From Rickettsiales bacterium (GTDB lineage Bacteria; Pseudomonadota; Alphaproteobacteria; Rickettsiales; UBA3002): a stretch of 49,768 nt of DNA. The position numbers and the translations under genes were made by a program. The notes below the pieces were generated by a model. That model had not been told where the DNA came from and did not search any database. It worked only from the letters and a program-made list of their open reading frames with translations. Where the stretch lies: positions 1 through 49,768 of the forward strand of contig JBMOEL010000001.1 in the NCBI GenBank assembly GCA_049314715.1. The letters run 5' to 3'. Below are positions 29,135 to 39,621 of the stretch, in pieces. Every line of letters starts with the position of its first letter. Within the stretch, counting starts at the first letter, position 1.

Positions 29135-30070
29135 TTAGTCAAAGAGGCTCGAAACCGATGTTTCCTCCGCGATGCGCTTGATGGCTTCCGCTAAAAGCGG
29201 GGCGATGCTGAGGGTGCGTATTTTCTTACCGTTCTTTACGGTGTCGGGCTGCGCGATGGAATTGGTCACCACGACGGATGTTAGTGCCGATTTGCCAATA
29301 CGCTCAACCGCAGGGCCTGAAAGTACGCCATGGGTAATGTAAGCCGCTACTGATTTTGCGCCCGCCTTGATGAGCGCTTCGGCGGCGTTACATAAGGTTC
29401 CTGCTGTATCGACGATATCATCAAACAAGATACAATCGCGGCCTTCGACATCACCGATGATGTTGAGCACTTCAGATTTATTCGCACCTTCGCGGCGCTT
29501 ATCGACAATCGCCAAATCCACATCCAAGCGGCTGGCGAGTGAGCGGGCGCGCACCACACCCCCAACATCGGGCGAGACAATCATCAGATTGTCGAGGTTC
29601 TTATACTGTTCCTTGATGTCTTCAACAATCACAGGGCGCGCATAGAGATGGTCCACGGGAATATCGAAAAATCCTTGTATCTGACCTGCATGCAAATCTA
29701 CGCTTAACACGCGATCTGCGCCTGCCTCGGTAATCAAATTCGCCACCAGCTTAGCGGTAATGGGCGTGCGAGGACCTGGTTTTCTGTCTTGGCGCGCATA
29801 ACCAAAATACGGCAGCACCGCCGTGACGCGACGTGCCGAGGCACGCTTGAGCGCATCCAGTGTAATCAGTAATTCCATCAGATGATCGTTGGCAGGGTAG
29901 GAGGTGGATTGAATGAGGAACACATCCTCACCACGCACATTTTCCATGACCTCGACGAAAATCTCCATGTCGGAGAAGCGCTTGATGGAGGCTTCCGTAA
30001 GCTTCACACCTAACACTTTCGCCATTTCGGCGGCGAGTTGCGGATTACTGTTACAGGCAATGAGTTTCAT
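29135..30070 (-). CDS. prs: Ribose-phosphate pyrophosphokinase
   Basis: Motifs seen: [26 protein letters not shown] and the PRPP loop [12 protein letters not shown]. Confidence 0.97.
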   Translation of the reverse strand: MKLIACNSNPQLAAEMAKVLGVKLTEASIKRFSDMEIFVEVMENVRGEDVFLIQSTSYPANDHLMELLITLDALKRASARRVTAVLPYFGYARQDRKPGPRTPITAKLVANLITEAGADRVLSVDLHAGQIQGFFDIPVDHLYARPVIVEDIKEQYKNLDNLMIVSPDVGGVVRARSLASRLDVDLAIVDKRREGANKSEVLNIIGDVEGRDCILFDDIVDTAGTLCNAAEALIKAGAKSVAAYITHGVLSGPAVERIGKSALTSVVVTNSIAQPDTVKNGKKIRTLSIAPLLAEAIKRIAEETSVSSLFD

Positions 30071-30134
30071 GAGCAGGAGTGATAGAGAGTTGGACGGGCG
30101 TAGTCAATGCTGTATGCGCTCGATTGATTTACAA

Positions 30135-31829
30135 TCAATCGAGATTGGCGGGGCCCGTATGGGCGCGCATGGTTTCCATGACACGGGTGATTTCTGCCTC
30201 GGGCCAGTTCAGTTCTTTGAGTAGGCGGCTGGTCAAGCGCATTGCGCCCACATAAATTTCGGGAATGACGGCGGTAGCCCCTGCTTTATAGAGCTTCTCG
30301 GCGTCGTCTTCGTCTTTGGCGCGGGCGAAAATCGGGATTTCGGGATAGACAGCACGCAATAAATGCAGCGCGCGCTCGGTATCGGCCATTTTGTGGAAGG
30401 TAATAATAATACAGCGTGCCCGCGTTACACCTAGGGCCTCAAGGACATCCGGACGGCTCGCATCACCGAAATAGACGGGGTGGTGGCGACGCCTGCCGCG
30501 CGTCACGTGACGCGGGTTAACATCCAGTGCTATGAAGGGGATGGATTCATGGGTCATCACATCTGCCAAGATGCTTCCCATGCGACCATAGCCTGCCATC
30601 ACGATATGTTCTTTCATGTCGCTGGCTTCTTCTTCGAGCTGCGGTAAGGCATCACTGCGCGCACGCTTGCGCCATTCGCGCTCCAGCTTCGTGCCCAACA
30701 TATCAAGCAACGGGGTGAGCGCCATAGTCACCGCAATCACCAATAATAGAAGCTGCGCCTGTCCTTGTGTCAATACACCAAGTGTTCCCGCCATACCGAA
30801 TAAGATAAAGCCGAACTCACCGCCTTGCGCCATAATAAGCGCAGTATGGCCTGACGTCTGGCGATTGCGGCGGAAGAGTCGCAAAACGAAATATAAAATG
30901 GCACCTTTGATCAGCAGCAGACCACCCGATAGCACTAATACCGCCTGCGCATGCTCCAGAATGAATGTGATGTCGATATGCATACCCACCGTCATGAAGA
31001 ATAATCCCATGAGCAAGCCTTTATAGGGCTTCACATCGGCCTCGACCTGATGGCGAAACTCGGTTTCGGAAATCAAAATGCCCGCAAGAAACGCACCCAG
31101 CGCCATGGAAAGCCCGTTCATTTCCGATATGTAGGAAATACCCAAGACTACCAACAGCGTGGTGGCGACAAATAATTCGCCATTATCCAGTCGCGCGATG
31201 TAGCGAAAGAGCGGGCGTAACACCAAACGCCCTACGATAATAATCATCGATAGTGCGACCGCCGCACGCAGGGCGGTTTGGGTAAGCGTGTGCGCAAAAT
31301 CTGCACCTTCTATCGCCATGAGCGGCACGATGATGAGCAGTGGAATCGCTGCAATATCTTGCAAAATCAGAATGGCCAGCGATAGCCTGCCCGTTTGGGT
31401 GGAGCTGGTGCGGCGCTCTTGCAGCACCTGCAATACGAGTGCGGTGGAGGATAGCGCGAGGCCAAACCCCACGAGCAACGCAACATCTGCCTTAAACCCT
31501 AACTGTGTGGCAAGCAGGCTTAATGCTGTACCCGTCAACGTCACTTGCGCGCCGCCAATGCCAAAGACTTTGACGCGCATGGTTTTGAGACGATCCCACG
31601 ACAATTCCAGACCAATCATGAATAGCAGCAACACCACACCCAGTTTGGCAATCGCTGACATATCATTGACATCCGCAATCCACTTAAAGCCATACGGGCC
31701 AATCAACGCGCCCGCCACCAAATAGCCAAGCACGGGGCTTAACCGCAGGGCGCGGAACACGGTGACAATGCCCACCGCAGCAGCGAGCAGCATGATGATA
31801 TTGAGCAGTGGCGTGGTATCCATGCTCAT
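30135..31829 (-). CDS. Kef-type K+ efflux / monovalent cation:proton antiporter-2 (CPA2) protein with C-terminal RCK/TrkA-N domain
   Basis: It has about 12 TM segments, a Kef-like core (LGAFLAGILISETEFRHQVE) and an RCK domain (HIVMAGYGRMGSILADVM). Confidence 0.88.
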   Translation of the reverse strand: MSMDTTPLLNIIMLLAAAVGIVTVFRALRLSPVLGYLVAGALIGPYGFKWIADVNDMSAIAKLGVVLLLFMIGLELSWDRLKTMRVKVFGIGGAQVTLTGTALSLLATQLGFKADVALLVGFGLALSSTALVLQVLQERRTSSTQTGRLSLAILILQDIAAIPLLIIVPLMAIEGADFAHTLTQTALRAAVALSMIIIVGRLVLRPLFRYIARLDNGELFVATTLLVVLGISYISEMNGLSMALGAFLAGILISETEFRHQVEADVKPYKGLLMGLFFMTVGMHIDITFILEHAQAVLVLSGGLLLIKGAILYFVLRLFRRNRQTSGHTALIMAQGGEFGFILFGMAGTLGVLTQGQAQLLLLVIAVTMALTPLLDMLGTKLEREWRKRARSDALPQLEEEASDMKEHIVMAGYGRMGSILADVMTHESIPFIALDVNPRHVTRGRRRHHPVYFGDASRPDVLEALGVTRARCIIITFHKMADTERALHLLRAVYPEIPIFARAKDEDDAEKLYKAGATAVIPEIYVGAMRLTSRLLKELNWPEAEITRVMETMRAHTGPANLD

Positions 31830-31852
31830 GTTATGACATGGTCACATTACCT

Positions 31853-32614
31853 ATGGCAACCACTTCCACATATGCGCCCTGTGCGCTGATTACGGGTGCA
31901 GCAAAGCGTGTTGGACGCGAGGTCGCGCTACATCTTGCTGCGCGAGGCTATGATATTATTGTGCATTACCACTCTTCTGCAGATGAAGCGGAACTGCTGG
32001 GAAAAGAAATTCGGGCCCTAGGCCGACGTGCGCATGTCATTCAAGGTGATTTATCGCATGTAGATGTGGTAACAACCTTGTTTAATGCGTTGCCGATTGG
32101 TCCTGTTACGCTTGTAGTACATAATGCTGCGCGGTTTATTCGTGACACGATTCACACTATGAAGCCCGAGGTGCTGGAGGAACATTTCCGCGTTAACGTC
32201 CTCTCGCCTCTGCTTCTGACACAAGCCTTCGCCAAACATTTGCCGCCTACGCTTTCGGGCCACGTCATCACCCTGTCGGACGGGATGATGGGCTGGAGTG
32301 TTTCGCCGCAATTTTTCTCTTATGCCGCGAGCAAACTCTCGTGGTTGCCGCTAACCGATTTACTCGCCGCATCCCTCGCGCCGCGTATTCGCATGAACAC
32401 CATTGCACTGGGCGCAACCTTACCAGGCGTAATGGATACCGAGAATACTTTCAGCAATCTTGCAAAAGTGAGCCCGCTCAAAAGCATCAGCAGCACGCAA
32501 GAGGTGTGCCGCACGGTGTCTTATATTTTGGATACGCCTAGCATCACAGGGCAGGTTTTTTACCTCTCCTCAGGTATGCATTTGAGTGCAGAGCGCTGGA
32601 TGAAGGCGGAGTAA
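31853..32614 (+). CDS. SDR family oxidoreductase (pteridine reductase/FolM-like)
   Basis: ALITGAAKRVGREVALHLAARGYDIIVHY is a TGxxxRxG-type Rossmann motif. The YxxxK is YAASK. The start is ambiguous among 31808, 31838 and 31853. Confidence 0.8.
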   Translation: MATTSTYAPCALITGAAKRVGREVALHLAARGYDIIVHYHSSADEAELLGKEIRALGRRAHVIQGDLSHVDVVTTLFNALPIGPVTLVVHNAARFIRDTIHTMKPEVLEEHFRVNVLSPLLLTQAFAKHLPPTLSGHVITLSDGMMGWSVSPQFFSYAASKLSWLPLTDLLAASLAPRIRMNTIALGATLPGVMDTENTFSNLAKVSPLKSISSTQEVCRTVSYILDTPSITGQVFYLSSGMHLSAERWMKAE

Positions 32615-32616
32615 TC

Positions 32617-34422
32617 ATGCGCGGCGCTGAGCAGATTAAGGCTGCGCTTAAAGATATACCAAATACATCGGGCGTTTACCGTATGCTCAATGCGGCGGGT
32701 GATATTTTATATATCGGCAAGGCAAAAAATCTTGCCAATCGCGTGAGCAACTATACGTCTGCTAGCGCGCTTTCGACGCGTATCTTGCGCATGGTGTCGC
32801 AGGTGGAGCGAGTTGAAATCACGACCACGCAAAATGAGGCGGAGGCGTTGTTGCTGGAAGCCAGCCTCGTCAAGAAACATCAGCCGCGCTATAATGTGTT
32901 ACTCAAGGATGATAAATCTTTCCCCTTCATTATTTTTTCCGATCACGCCTTTCCGCGCCTTAGCAAACATCGTGGGCGCGGTGCGCCAAAGGGCAGCAAA
33001 TATTTTGGCCCATTTGCTTCCGCTGGGGCCGTCAGTGAAACGCTCAGCATTTTACAAAAAGCATTTTTGCTGCGCCCCTGTTCGGATAGTATTTTCAACA
33101 ATCGTTCGCGGCCCTGCCTACAATATCAAATCAAGCGCTGCTCGGCACCGTGTGTGGGTTATGTTGATGAGGCGTGCTATGCACAGCAAGTAGCACTCGC
33201 TACCGATTTCTTGCGCGGTAAAAATCGCGACGTACAAGATGTGCTGGTTAAAGAAATGGTACTTGCCAGCGAGTCAATGGATTATGAGAAAGCTGCCCTA
33301 CTGCGCGATCGCATTGCTGCGCTGACCAAGGTGCAACAAGAACAAGCGCTTCATGCCGTAGACCTTGAGAATGCCGACGTTATCGCCCTGCATCGTGATG
33401 GTAGTGCGGTAGTAGTGATGGTGTATTTTTTTCGCGCTGGGCAGCATTTTGGCCAGCATGCCTATTTCCCGAAGCAAGAAGAAGCAAGCGACGGCGAAAT
33501 TCTCCTCGCTTTCTTGGGGCAATTTTACCAGCGCCATTTGCCGCCTGCTGAATTATTATTGAGCCATGAGATTGAGGATGTGTCGGTGATGGAAGATGCG
33601 TTATCGCAGCTTGCACAAACGCGTGTGGTGATACGCGTACCGCAGCGTGGCGATAAACGTACGTTGATTGAACAGGCCCTTAGCAATGCCGCGCTCTCAC
33701 TCGCCCGCACCCTTAATGAGCGTGCGTCGATCGCGAAACATCATGTCGCGCTTCAGCAGTTATTTAATTTGGCACAGCCGCCGCAACGTATCGAGATTTA
33801 TGATAATAGCCACGTGATGGGCACGCAAGCAGTGGGCGTGATGGTAGTGGCAACGCCTGAAGGGTTCGAGAAAAAATCCTACCGCAGCTTTACGATTAAA
33901 GATCCTGCAACAATCGCAGGCGATGACTACGGCATGATGCGCGAGGTCATGAAGCGGCGCTTCAAAGAGGGCGCAACGCTGCCTGATTTAGTGCTGATTG
34001 ATGGCGGTAAGGGACAATTAAGCGCCGTATTAGAAATCACAACATCATTAGGCATCGAAGGCCCTGCCTTCGTGGCGATTGCCAAAGGCGAAGACCGCAA
34101 CGCAGGACGTGAATGGTTCTTCCGAAAAGGGCACGAACCATTCCAACTACCAGAGAATGATGTGACCTTACATTACTTACAACGTCTGCGTGATGAGGCA
34201 CACCGTTTTGCCATAGGCGCGCACCGCAAAAAACGCAGCAAAGCCCTTACTCAATCCGCGCTGGACGACATTCCCAATATCGGCGCAAGTCGCAAGCGGG
34301 CACTGTTATTGCATTTCGGTTCGCGCGCGGATGTGGAACGCGCCACATTAAATGAGTTGGAAAATGTCCCAGGAATCTCTAAGAAGATAGCAGCAACTAT
34401 TTATGAGTATTTCCATGCTTAG
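32617..34422 (+). CDS. uvrC: Excinuclease ABC subunit C
   Basis: It has a GIY-YIG domain (SGVYRMLNAAGDILYIGKAKNL), a UVR domain, an endonuclease V-like domain and a C-terminal HhH (IPNIGASRKRALLLHFGS). Confidence 0.97.
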   Translation: MRGAEQIKAALKDIPNTSGVYRMLNAAGDILYIGKAKNLANRVSNYTSASALSTRILRMVSQVERVEITTTQNEAEALLLEASLVKKHQPRYNVLLKDDKSFPFIIFSDHAFPRLSKHRGRGAPKGSKYFGPFASAGAVSETLSILQKAFLLRPCSDSIFNNRSRPCLQYQIKRCSAPCVGYVDEACYAQQVALATDFLRGKNRDVQDVLVKEMVLASESMDYEKAALLRDRIAALTKVQQEQALHAVDLENADVIALHRDGSAVVVMVYFFRAGQHFGQHAYFPKQEEASDGEILLAFLGQFYQRHLPPAELLLSHEIEDVSVMEDALSQLAQTRVVIRVPQRGDKRTLIEQALSNAALSLARTLNERASIAKHHVALQQLFNLAQPPQRIEIYDNSHVMGTQAVGVMVVATPEGFEKKSYRSFTIKDPATIAGDDYGMMREVMKRRFKEGATLPDLVLIDGGKGQLSAVLEITTSLGIEGPAFVAIAKGEDRNAGREWFFRKGHEPFQLPENDVTLHYLQRLRDEAHRFAIGAHRKKRSKALTQSALDDIPNIGASRKRALLLHFGSRADVERATLNELENVPGISKKIAATIYEYFHA

Positions 34423-34993
34423 CAAACAGCAGATTCCCAACGCACTGACCATGGCGCGCATCGTTTTTATCTTGCCCATTTTATACGTGCTGCATGAGCC
34501 ATCGCTGGCCAAAGAGTGGGTGTTTTGGTTGTTCATCATTGCCGCCGCGACCGATTTTTTCGACGGGTATTTCGCGCGCAAATGGAACGTCAAGTCCGAG
34601 TTGGGCGCGATGTTGGATCAGATTAGCGATAAATTACTGATTATTGCTATTCTTATCCCGCTGGCGCTTTATGGCGTGACGGGCGTGTTGACCTTGTTGG
34701 TGATTGTGTTGCGTGAAATTTACGTTTCGGGATTGCGCGAACATCTGGGAATGCAGCAGCGCACTTTGCCTGTATCGCGCGTGGGTAAATATAAAACTGC
34801 AGTGCAGATGATTGCGGTTGCCATCACCTTGGCTGGCCTCACGTTTAGCGTTCCAACATTTACCTTGTTCGACTTAAATTTAGGTGGCAGCGCGCAGATG
34901 GTCGTGCTCGGAAATATGGTACTCGTGCTGGGTGCAATACTGGGCGTTATATCAGCGATTCAGTATAGTCTAGCGTTGCGTAAAAAAGCCTAA
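34403..34993 (+). CDS. pgsA: CDP-diacylglycerol--glycerol-3-phosphate 3-phosphatidyltransferase
   Basis: The CDP-alcohol phosphatidyltransferase motif is DFFDGYFARKWNVKSELGAMLDQISDK. An alternative start lies at 34415. Confidence 0.9.
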   Translation: MSISMLSKQQIPNALTMARIVFILPILYVLHEPSLAKEWVFWLFIIAAATDFFDGYFARKWNVKSELGAMLDQISDKLLIIAILIPLALYGVTGVLTLLVIVLREIYVSGLREHLGMQQRTLPVSRVGKYKTAVQMIAVAITLAGLTFSVPTFTLFDLNLGGSAQMVVLGNMVLVLGAILGVISAIQYSLALRKKA

Positions 34994-35859
34994 GCGCGAA
35001 CGAGTTTGCTATAATCATCCATCAACTGCTTGGTGACAGGGCCAATCGTGTATTTGCGGCCTGCAATTTCACCCACAGGCGTTATTTCCGCCGCCGTGCC
35101 TGTTAGGAAAATTTCCTGCGCATTTTCAAGTTCGCTTGGCTGCATGTGACGCTCAACTACCTTGATGCCACGCGCACGTGCCAGATCCATAATGGTTAGG
35201 CGTGTGATGCCGTTCAGGAAGCAATCTGGCGTTGGCGTGTGCAGTTCACCGTTGATCACGAGAAACAGATTTGCACCCGTTGCCTCGCACAAATAGCCGC
35301 GATAATCGAGCATCAGCGCATCATCGAATCCATCGCGCTCCGCTTCGTGTTTGCTGATGGTGCAAATCATATAAAGGCCTGCCGCTTTACTCGCGCAAGG
35401 TGCAGTTTCAGGTGATGGGCGCTTGTAATTCGCCAGTGCCAGGCGAATACCTTTTTCTTTGATTTCTTGCTTATACATCGTCGGCCATTGCCATGCAGCA
35501 ATCGCTACGTGAATCACGTTTTTTTGTGCACTAATGGCCATCATTTCGCTGCCGCGCCATGCGACAGGACGGAAATACCCGTCGACAATATTATTCACTT
35601 TCATCACTTCCTGTTTCGCGGCCATTAGCGCTTCCACTGAGAAGGGGATTGTGAAGCCAAGCAATTGCGCAGAGCGATGAAAACGCTCCGTATGTTCGCG
35701 GTCTTTGAAGATTTTGCCATTATAGGCCCGCTCGCCCTCAAACACGCTGGAGCCATAATGTAGGCCATGGGTGAGTACGTGGGTTTTGGCGTTGCGCCAT
35801 TCCACCATTTTCCCATCAACCCAGATAAAGCCGTCGCGATCGTCGAATGAAAGTACCAT
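34990..35859 (-). CDS. ilvE: Branched-chain amino acid aminotransferase
   Basis: Class IV aminotransferase pattern: HGLHYGSSVFEGERAY, EATGANLFLV, TGTAAEITPV. Confidence 0.93.
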   Translation of the reverse strand: MVLSFDDRDGFIWVDGKMVEWRNAKTHVLTHGLHYGSSVFEGERAYNGKIFKDREHTERFHRSAQLLGFTIPFSVEALMAAKQEVMKVNNIVDGYFRPVAWRGSEMMAISAQKNVIHVAIAAWQWPTMYKQEIKEKGIRLALANYKRPSPETAPCASKAAGLYMICTISKHEAERDGFDDALMLDYRGYLCEATGANLFLVINGELHTPTPDCFLNGITRLTIMDLARARGIKVVERHMQPSELENAQEIFLTGTAAEITPVGEIAGRKYTIGPVTKQLMDDYSKLVRA

Positions 35860-35861
35860 AA

Positions 35862-36587
35862 CTATCCTTGCAGCATGATTGCGGATAACTGCCTACCGTA
35901 ATCTGGTTCGTTACGCAAGGTGCTGCGACGATAGCTAAAATACTCTTTTTCGTTGCTAAGGGTATCTTGCCCGTTATTCTCGATGGTGGTGATGCCCGCA
36001 GCAATCAAACGACTGCGCACATAGGCGGGTAAATCGAACATGAAATGCCCTTCGCGCGACGCGGGTATAAAATATTTCTTTTGTAATTCGGGCGCGAAGC
36101 GCTCGTAAAATTCGGGGCCGATTTCATAGCTTTTCTGTTGAATGCAAGGGCCAATCATGACGCGAGTATTTTGAATTGTTGCGCCTAATGATTGCGTCGC
36201 CCGCAGGGTGTTTTCGAGCACGCCGCTATGTGCGCCCTTCCAACCCGCATGGGCGGCACCAATGACGCGCGCCTTCGCATCATAAAACAGCACAGGCGTG
36301 CAATCGGCCGTCAAAATGCCCAGCATCACGCCACGCTTATTGGTTACCATCGCATCCGCTTGTGGCTTGGCAATGGGGGCGCGCGATTCGTTTATGGTGA
36401 CAACTTCAGCAGAATGGATTTGGTGAAGGGTAAAGAGTTGTTCGACTTCAGCCCCAAATGCGCGCGCAGCGCGCACCCGATTTTCGGCCACATGATAGGG
36501 GTTGTCTTTACTGCCTGGCCCACAATTCAGCGAGGCATAAAGCCCTTCGCTTACCCCGCCCTCACGTGTGAAGAATTTGTATTTCAT
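35862..36587 (-). CDS. pgeF: Peptidoglycan editing factor PgeF (YfiH / laccase-domain family)
   Basis: Motifs seen: LHQIHSAEV, TADCTPVLFYD, AHAGWKG. Confidence 0.88.
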   Translation of the reverse strand: MKYKFFTREGGVSEGLYASLNCGPGSKDNPYHVAENRVRAARAFGAEVEQLFTLHQIHSAEVVTINESRAPIAKPQADAMVTNKRGVMLGILTADCTPVLFYDAKARVIGAAHAGWKGAHSGVLENTLRATQSLGATIQNTRVMIGPCIQQKSYEIGPEFYERFAPELQKKYFIPASREGHFMFDLPAYVRSRLIAAGITTIENNGQDTLSNEKEYFSYRRSTLRNEPDYGRQLSAIMLQG

Positions 36588-37657
36588 TGAAACCCTGGCA
36601 CTTCGATTTTAGCATCCGAACAGATGGCCATGACTTTGAATAACTCGCCCATCGCTTGCGGAGAGATGAGGCGTTGCAACGCCCCTGAAATCTGTTCGCG
36701 CTGCTCGGCATCCGCGCTGCGCATTAACATTTCAGCCCGTATTTCTGCGCCCATACGTGTCAGGAATGCACCCTGATTTTCAAGCCCGTATGTCTGCACA
36801 CCCAGCTCACGACTCAAGTCTATCAGCGCCGTGAAATCGACATGTGTGGTGATGTCGGCATCACCTGGTTCTTTGAGCACGGGGTGAAACTGGTGCGACT
36901 TTACAGCTTGGAGCGTGTCGTTATGCGCATCGCCCATATAACCATAATCGATGATGAGCGCTGCGCCCTGATGCGTTTTAATGCGCGTTGCAATGCTACG
37001 CATGATGCTGCGTGCGGCGGGGCATTGTTCCATGACCGTACCTTGCGCGATAACTTTGCCGCTTTTAGCAAGCGACAGGCTTGGCTGCCCTAATACAAAT
37101 TGCAGCGATTCTGTTTTGTGGTCCCAATAAATTTTGCGCTCACACATACCTTCGCTGGTGATGACATATTGGCGAATGGGCAGCGCATCAAAAAATTCGT
37201 TAGCCACGAAAATGGTTTTGCTTTCGGGCAGCTCTTCCACACTATCGAGCCACTCAACGCGGGGGTGCTCGTGTCGCAGCGTCAGATATTGTTCATGCGC
37301 AAGTACGGGTGATGTTTCAATCATGTGAATGGTCACGCTGTCATGAAAATTGGGGATTTTTTTAGTGGCGCGCAACAGGTCGGCCATTAAGGTGCCGCGA
37401 CCCGGCCCAAGCTCGACGAGTGATGCGGGGCCGCCGCCAAGTTGGCGCCAGACTTCGCCGACCCAGACACCAATCATCTCGCCAAAGATTTGTGAAATTT
37501 CAGGCGAGGTAATAAAGTCGCCCCGCGCACCAAGCGGGTTATGCTTGCGGTAATAGCCATGCTCTGGGTGGCCAAGCGCCAGCGCCATATAGTCGGCCAC
37601 GCTGATAGGCCCTTCATTCTCGATTTTTTCACGGATAATGGAAAGTAATGCGCTCAT
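36584..37657 (-). CDS. Class I SAM-dependent methyltransferase, MidA/NDUFAF7 (DUF185) family
   Basis: GDFITSPEISQIFGEMIGVW...LVELGPGRGTLMADLL are typical MidA motifs. Confidence 0.85.
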   Translation of the reverse strand: MSALLSIIREKIENEGPISVADYMALALGHPEHGYYRKHNPLGARGDFITSPEISQIFGEMIGVWVGEVWRQLGGGPASLVELGPGRGTLMADLLRATKKIPNFHDSVTIHMIETSPVLAHEQYLTLRHEHPRVEWLDSVEELPESKTIFVANEFFDALPIRQYVITSEGMCERKIYWDHKTESLQFVLGQPSLSLAKSGKVIAQGTVMEQCPAARSIMRSIATRIKTHQGAALIIDYGYMGDAHNDTLQAVKSHQFHPVLKEPGDADITTHVDFTALIDLSRELGVQTYGLENQGAFLTRMGAEIRAEMLMRSADAEQREQISGALQRLISPQAMGELFKVMAICSDAKIEVPGFQ

Positions 37658-37658
37658 A

Positions 37659-38447
37659 TCACGCGACTTTATATCGCTTTGCTCTGAGCATCAACCAGAT
37701 GCCCGCCAGTATCATTGGGATGCAGAGTAATTGCCCCATGGTGAGCCACTGGCCAAACAAGAAACCAAGTTGTGGGTCGGGCATGCGGAAAAATTCCATG
37801 GCGAAACGTGCGGCGCCATAACCCGCGAGGAACAATCCACCCACGGCACCACGATAGCGCATGATGTTGGTGGTGCGAATCAGTACATAAAGAATGATAA
37901 ATAATAGCAAGCCTTCACATGCCGCTTGATAGAGTTGGCTGGGGTGGCGCGGCAAGCCGCCCGCATTGGGAAAAATGATTCCCCACGAAGCATCCGTCAC
38001 GCGCCCGTATAATTCACCATTGATAAAATTCGCGATGCGGCCAAGACATAGGCCGATAGGCGTTGCTGCTGCAAGGTAATCCATAATGCGCAACCAATGC
38101 AGCTGGTGTTTGCGCGCATAAAGCCAAAAAGCGGCGAAAATACCGAGCAACCCGCCATGGAAGCTCATGCCACCTTGCCAGATTTTAAGCGCATCTGCTG
38201 GGTGTTCGATAAAGTAAGGGAGATTGTAAAACAGCACGTAACCGATGCGACCACCCAGAATAATACCAATCACCGCATAGGTAATCAGGTCGTCACGTGC
38301 TTTTTCATTGAAGTAGGGAAATCGCGCATTGAGTTTGCCAATGTAAAAATAGGCAAGCACAATACCTGCAATGTAAGAAAGCGCATACCAGCGAATGACC
38401 AGCGGGCCGATTTCAAGTGCGATGGGGTCGATGTTTGGAAATAACAT
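37659..38447 (-). CDS. lgt: Prolipoprotein diacylglyceryl transferase
   Basis: Motifs seen: IRWYALSYI, GGMSFHGGLLG, GRIANFINGELYGR, RHPSQLYQA. Confidence 0.95.
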   Translation of the reverse strand: MLFPNIDPIALEIGPLVIRWYALSYIAGIVLAYFYIGKLNARFPYFNEKARDDLITYAVIGIILGGRIGYVLFYNLPYFIEHPADALKIWQGGMSFHGGLLGIFAAFWLYARKHQLHWLRIMDYLAAATPIGLCLGRIANFINGELYGRVTDASWGIIFPNAGGLPRHPSQLYQAACEGLLLFIILYVLIRTTNIMRYRGAVGGLFLAGYGAARFAMEFFRMPDPQLGFLFGQWLTMGQLLCIPMILAGIWLMLRAKRYKVA

Positions 38448-38538
38448 GCTACCTCGTTGTATGAGGCCAGTAGGCCGAATCAGCCATGAGCCGCAAAGCG
38501 CGTTTCATAGCGAGGTTAGTAAACCGAGCTGGAAACAT

Positions 38539-39530
38539 TTAAAAGTACGGATCTTCTTTAGCGAGATAGTTCTGCACATAATCCTTGATGCCGTCTTCAA
38601 GCGACGTCATGGGCTTGGTGTAACCCGCCGCTTTCAGCTTATCCATTTTTGCTTCGGTGAAATATTGATATTTTGGGCGGATATGCTCGGGCATTTCGAA
38701 GTAACTAATGGCGGGAGGTTTGCCCAGTGCAGTAAACAATGCATTCGCTAAATCCTTGAAGGTACGCGCTTTGCCGGTGCCGAGATTATATAAGCCATTC
38801 ACCTGCGGATTGGCGAGCAGCCATTCAATCACCGACACGCAGTCTTTCACATAAATGAAGTCGCGCAGCTGCTCACCGTCTTTGTATTTGGGGTTGTACG
38901 ACTTGAATAAATGCACAGGTCTGCCCAGCTTGGCGTGTGGGAAAATCGTGCAGGCCACCGATTTCTGGTCGCCTTTATGATATTCATTCGGACCATACAC
39001 ATTGAAGAATTTGAGACCAACCCATTGGGGCGGTGTTTTGTCTTTATTGCAAGCGTAAGCGACACGAACTGGTCGAATAGCTGCTTGCTCCAGCCATAGG
39101 CATTCATGGGTAGCAGCTGGGCGAGGTAATTCATATCAAGCTGGTCATCAAAGCCTTGCTCACCTGCGCCATAGGTCGCGGCGGAAGAGGCGTAGATAAA
39201 GCGTTTACCAGCGTCCGCACACCAGCTCCACAGCGATTTGGAAAGCGAGAAATTCGTTTCCATAATTAAATCGACATTGGTTTCGGTGGTCGAGGAAATC
39301 GCGCCCATATGGATGACGGCCTCGAGTGTTTCCTTGTTGGATTCAAGCCAATAGAAGGTTTCACCCGGTGAGATAATCTCAAAAATACGGTGCTTGGCGA
39401 GGTTGCGCCATTTCTCGGTCGAGCCGAATTGGTCGACAATCACCACATGGTAGTTGCCCGAATTGGCCAAATGATCAGCAATCACTGAACCGATAAACCC
39501 TGCGCCGCCCGTTACGAGAATCTTTTTCAT
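38539..39530 (-). pseudogene. hldD: ADP-L-glycero-D-manno-heptose-6-epimerase, disrupted by a frameshift
   Basis: The N-terminal part (39530 down to about 39065: MKKILVTGGAGFIGS...YASSAATYG...YGWSKQLFDQFV) and the C-terminal part (...PPQWVGLKFFNVYGPNEYHKGDQKS... down to 38539) lie in different frames. The downstream part is in the -1 frame relative to the upstream part. The switch maps to about 39040-39075. Confidence 0.8.
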
Positions 39531-39535
39531 AAAGC

Positions 39536-39607
39536 CATGAGTCGTTAGTTGTGAGTCGTGCTTAATGTGCTATAGATTTGGAATAGTGACAACTAAAGAC
39601 TCACGAG
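39536..39607. repeat. Second GAGTCGT-unit inverted repeat
   Basis: It contains CATGAGTCGTTAGTTGTGAGTCGTG. Arm 39538-39552 pairs with 39589-39603 (14 of 15 positions, hand-paired) around a 36-nt loop. It shares the CATGAGTCGT / GAGTCGTTAG / GTGAGTCGT strings with 22656-22680. Confidence 0.5.
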
Positions 39608-39621
39608 TTGGGACGTAACTC

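Noticed and set aside
30119-30143. Perfect 10-bp inverted repeat CTCGATTGAT-ttaca-ATCAATCGAG spanning the Kef-type gene stop codon, considered as its terminator
   Set aside because: No U-tract follows on the transcribed (-) strand, so it is not a canonical intrinsic terminator. It is a single occurrence and no function can be argued from sequence.
39040-39075. Programmed -1 ribosomal frameshift in hldD
   Set aside because: There is no X XXY YYZ slippery heptamer and no obvious downstream pseudoknot at the frame junction. A mutation or a sequencing error is more parsimonious.
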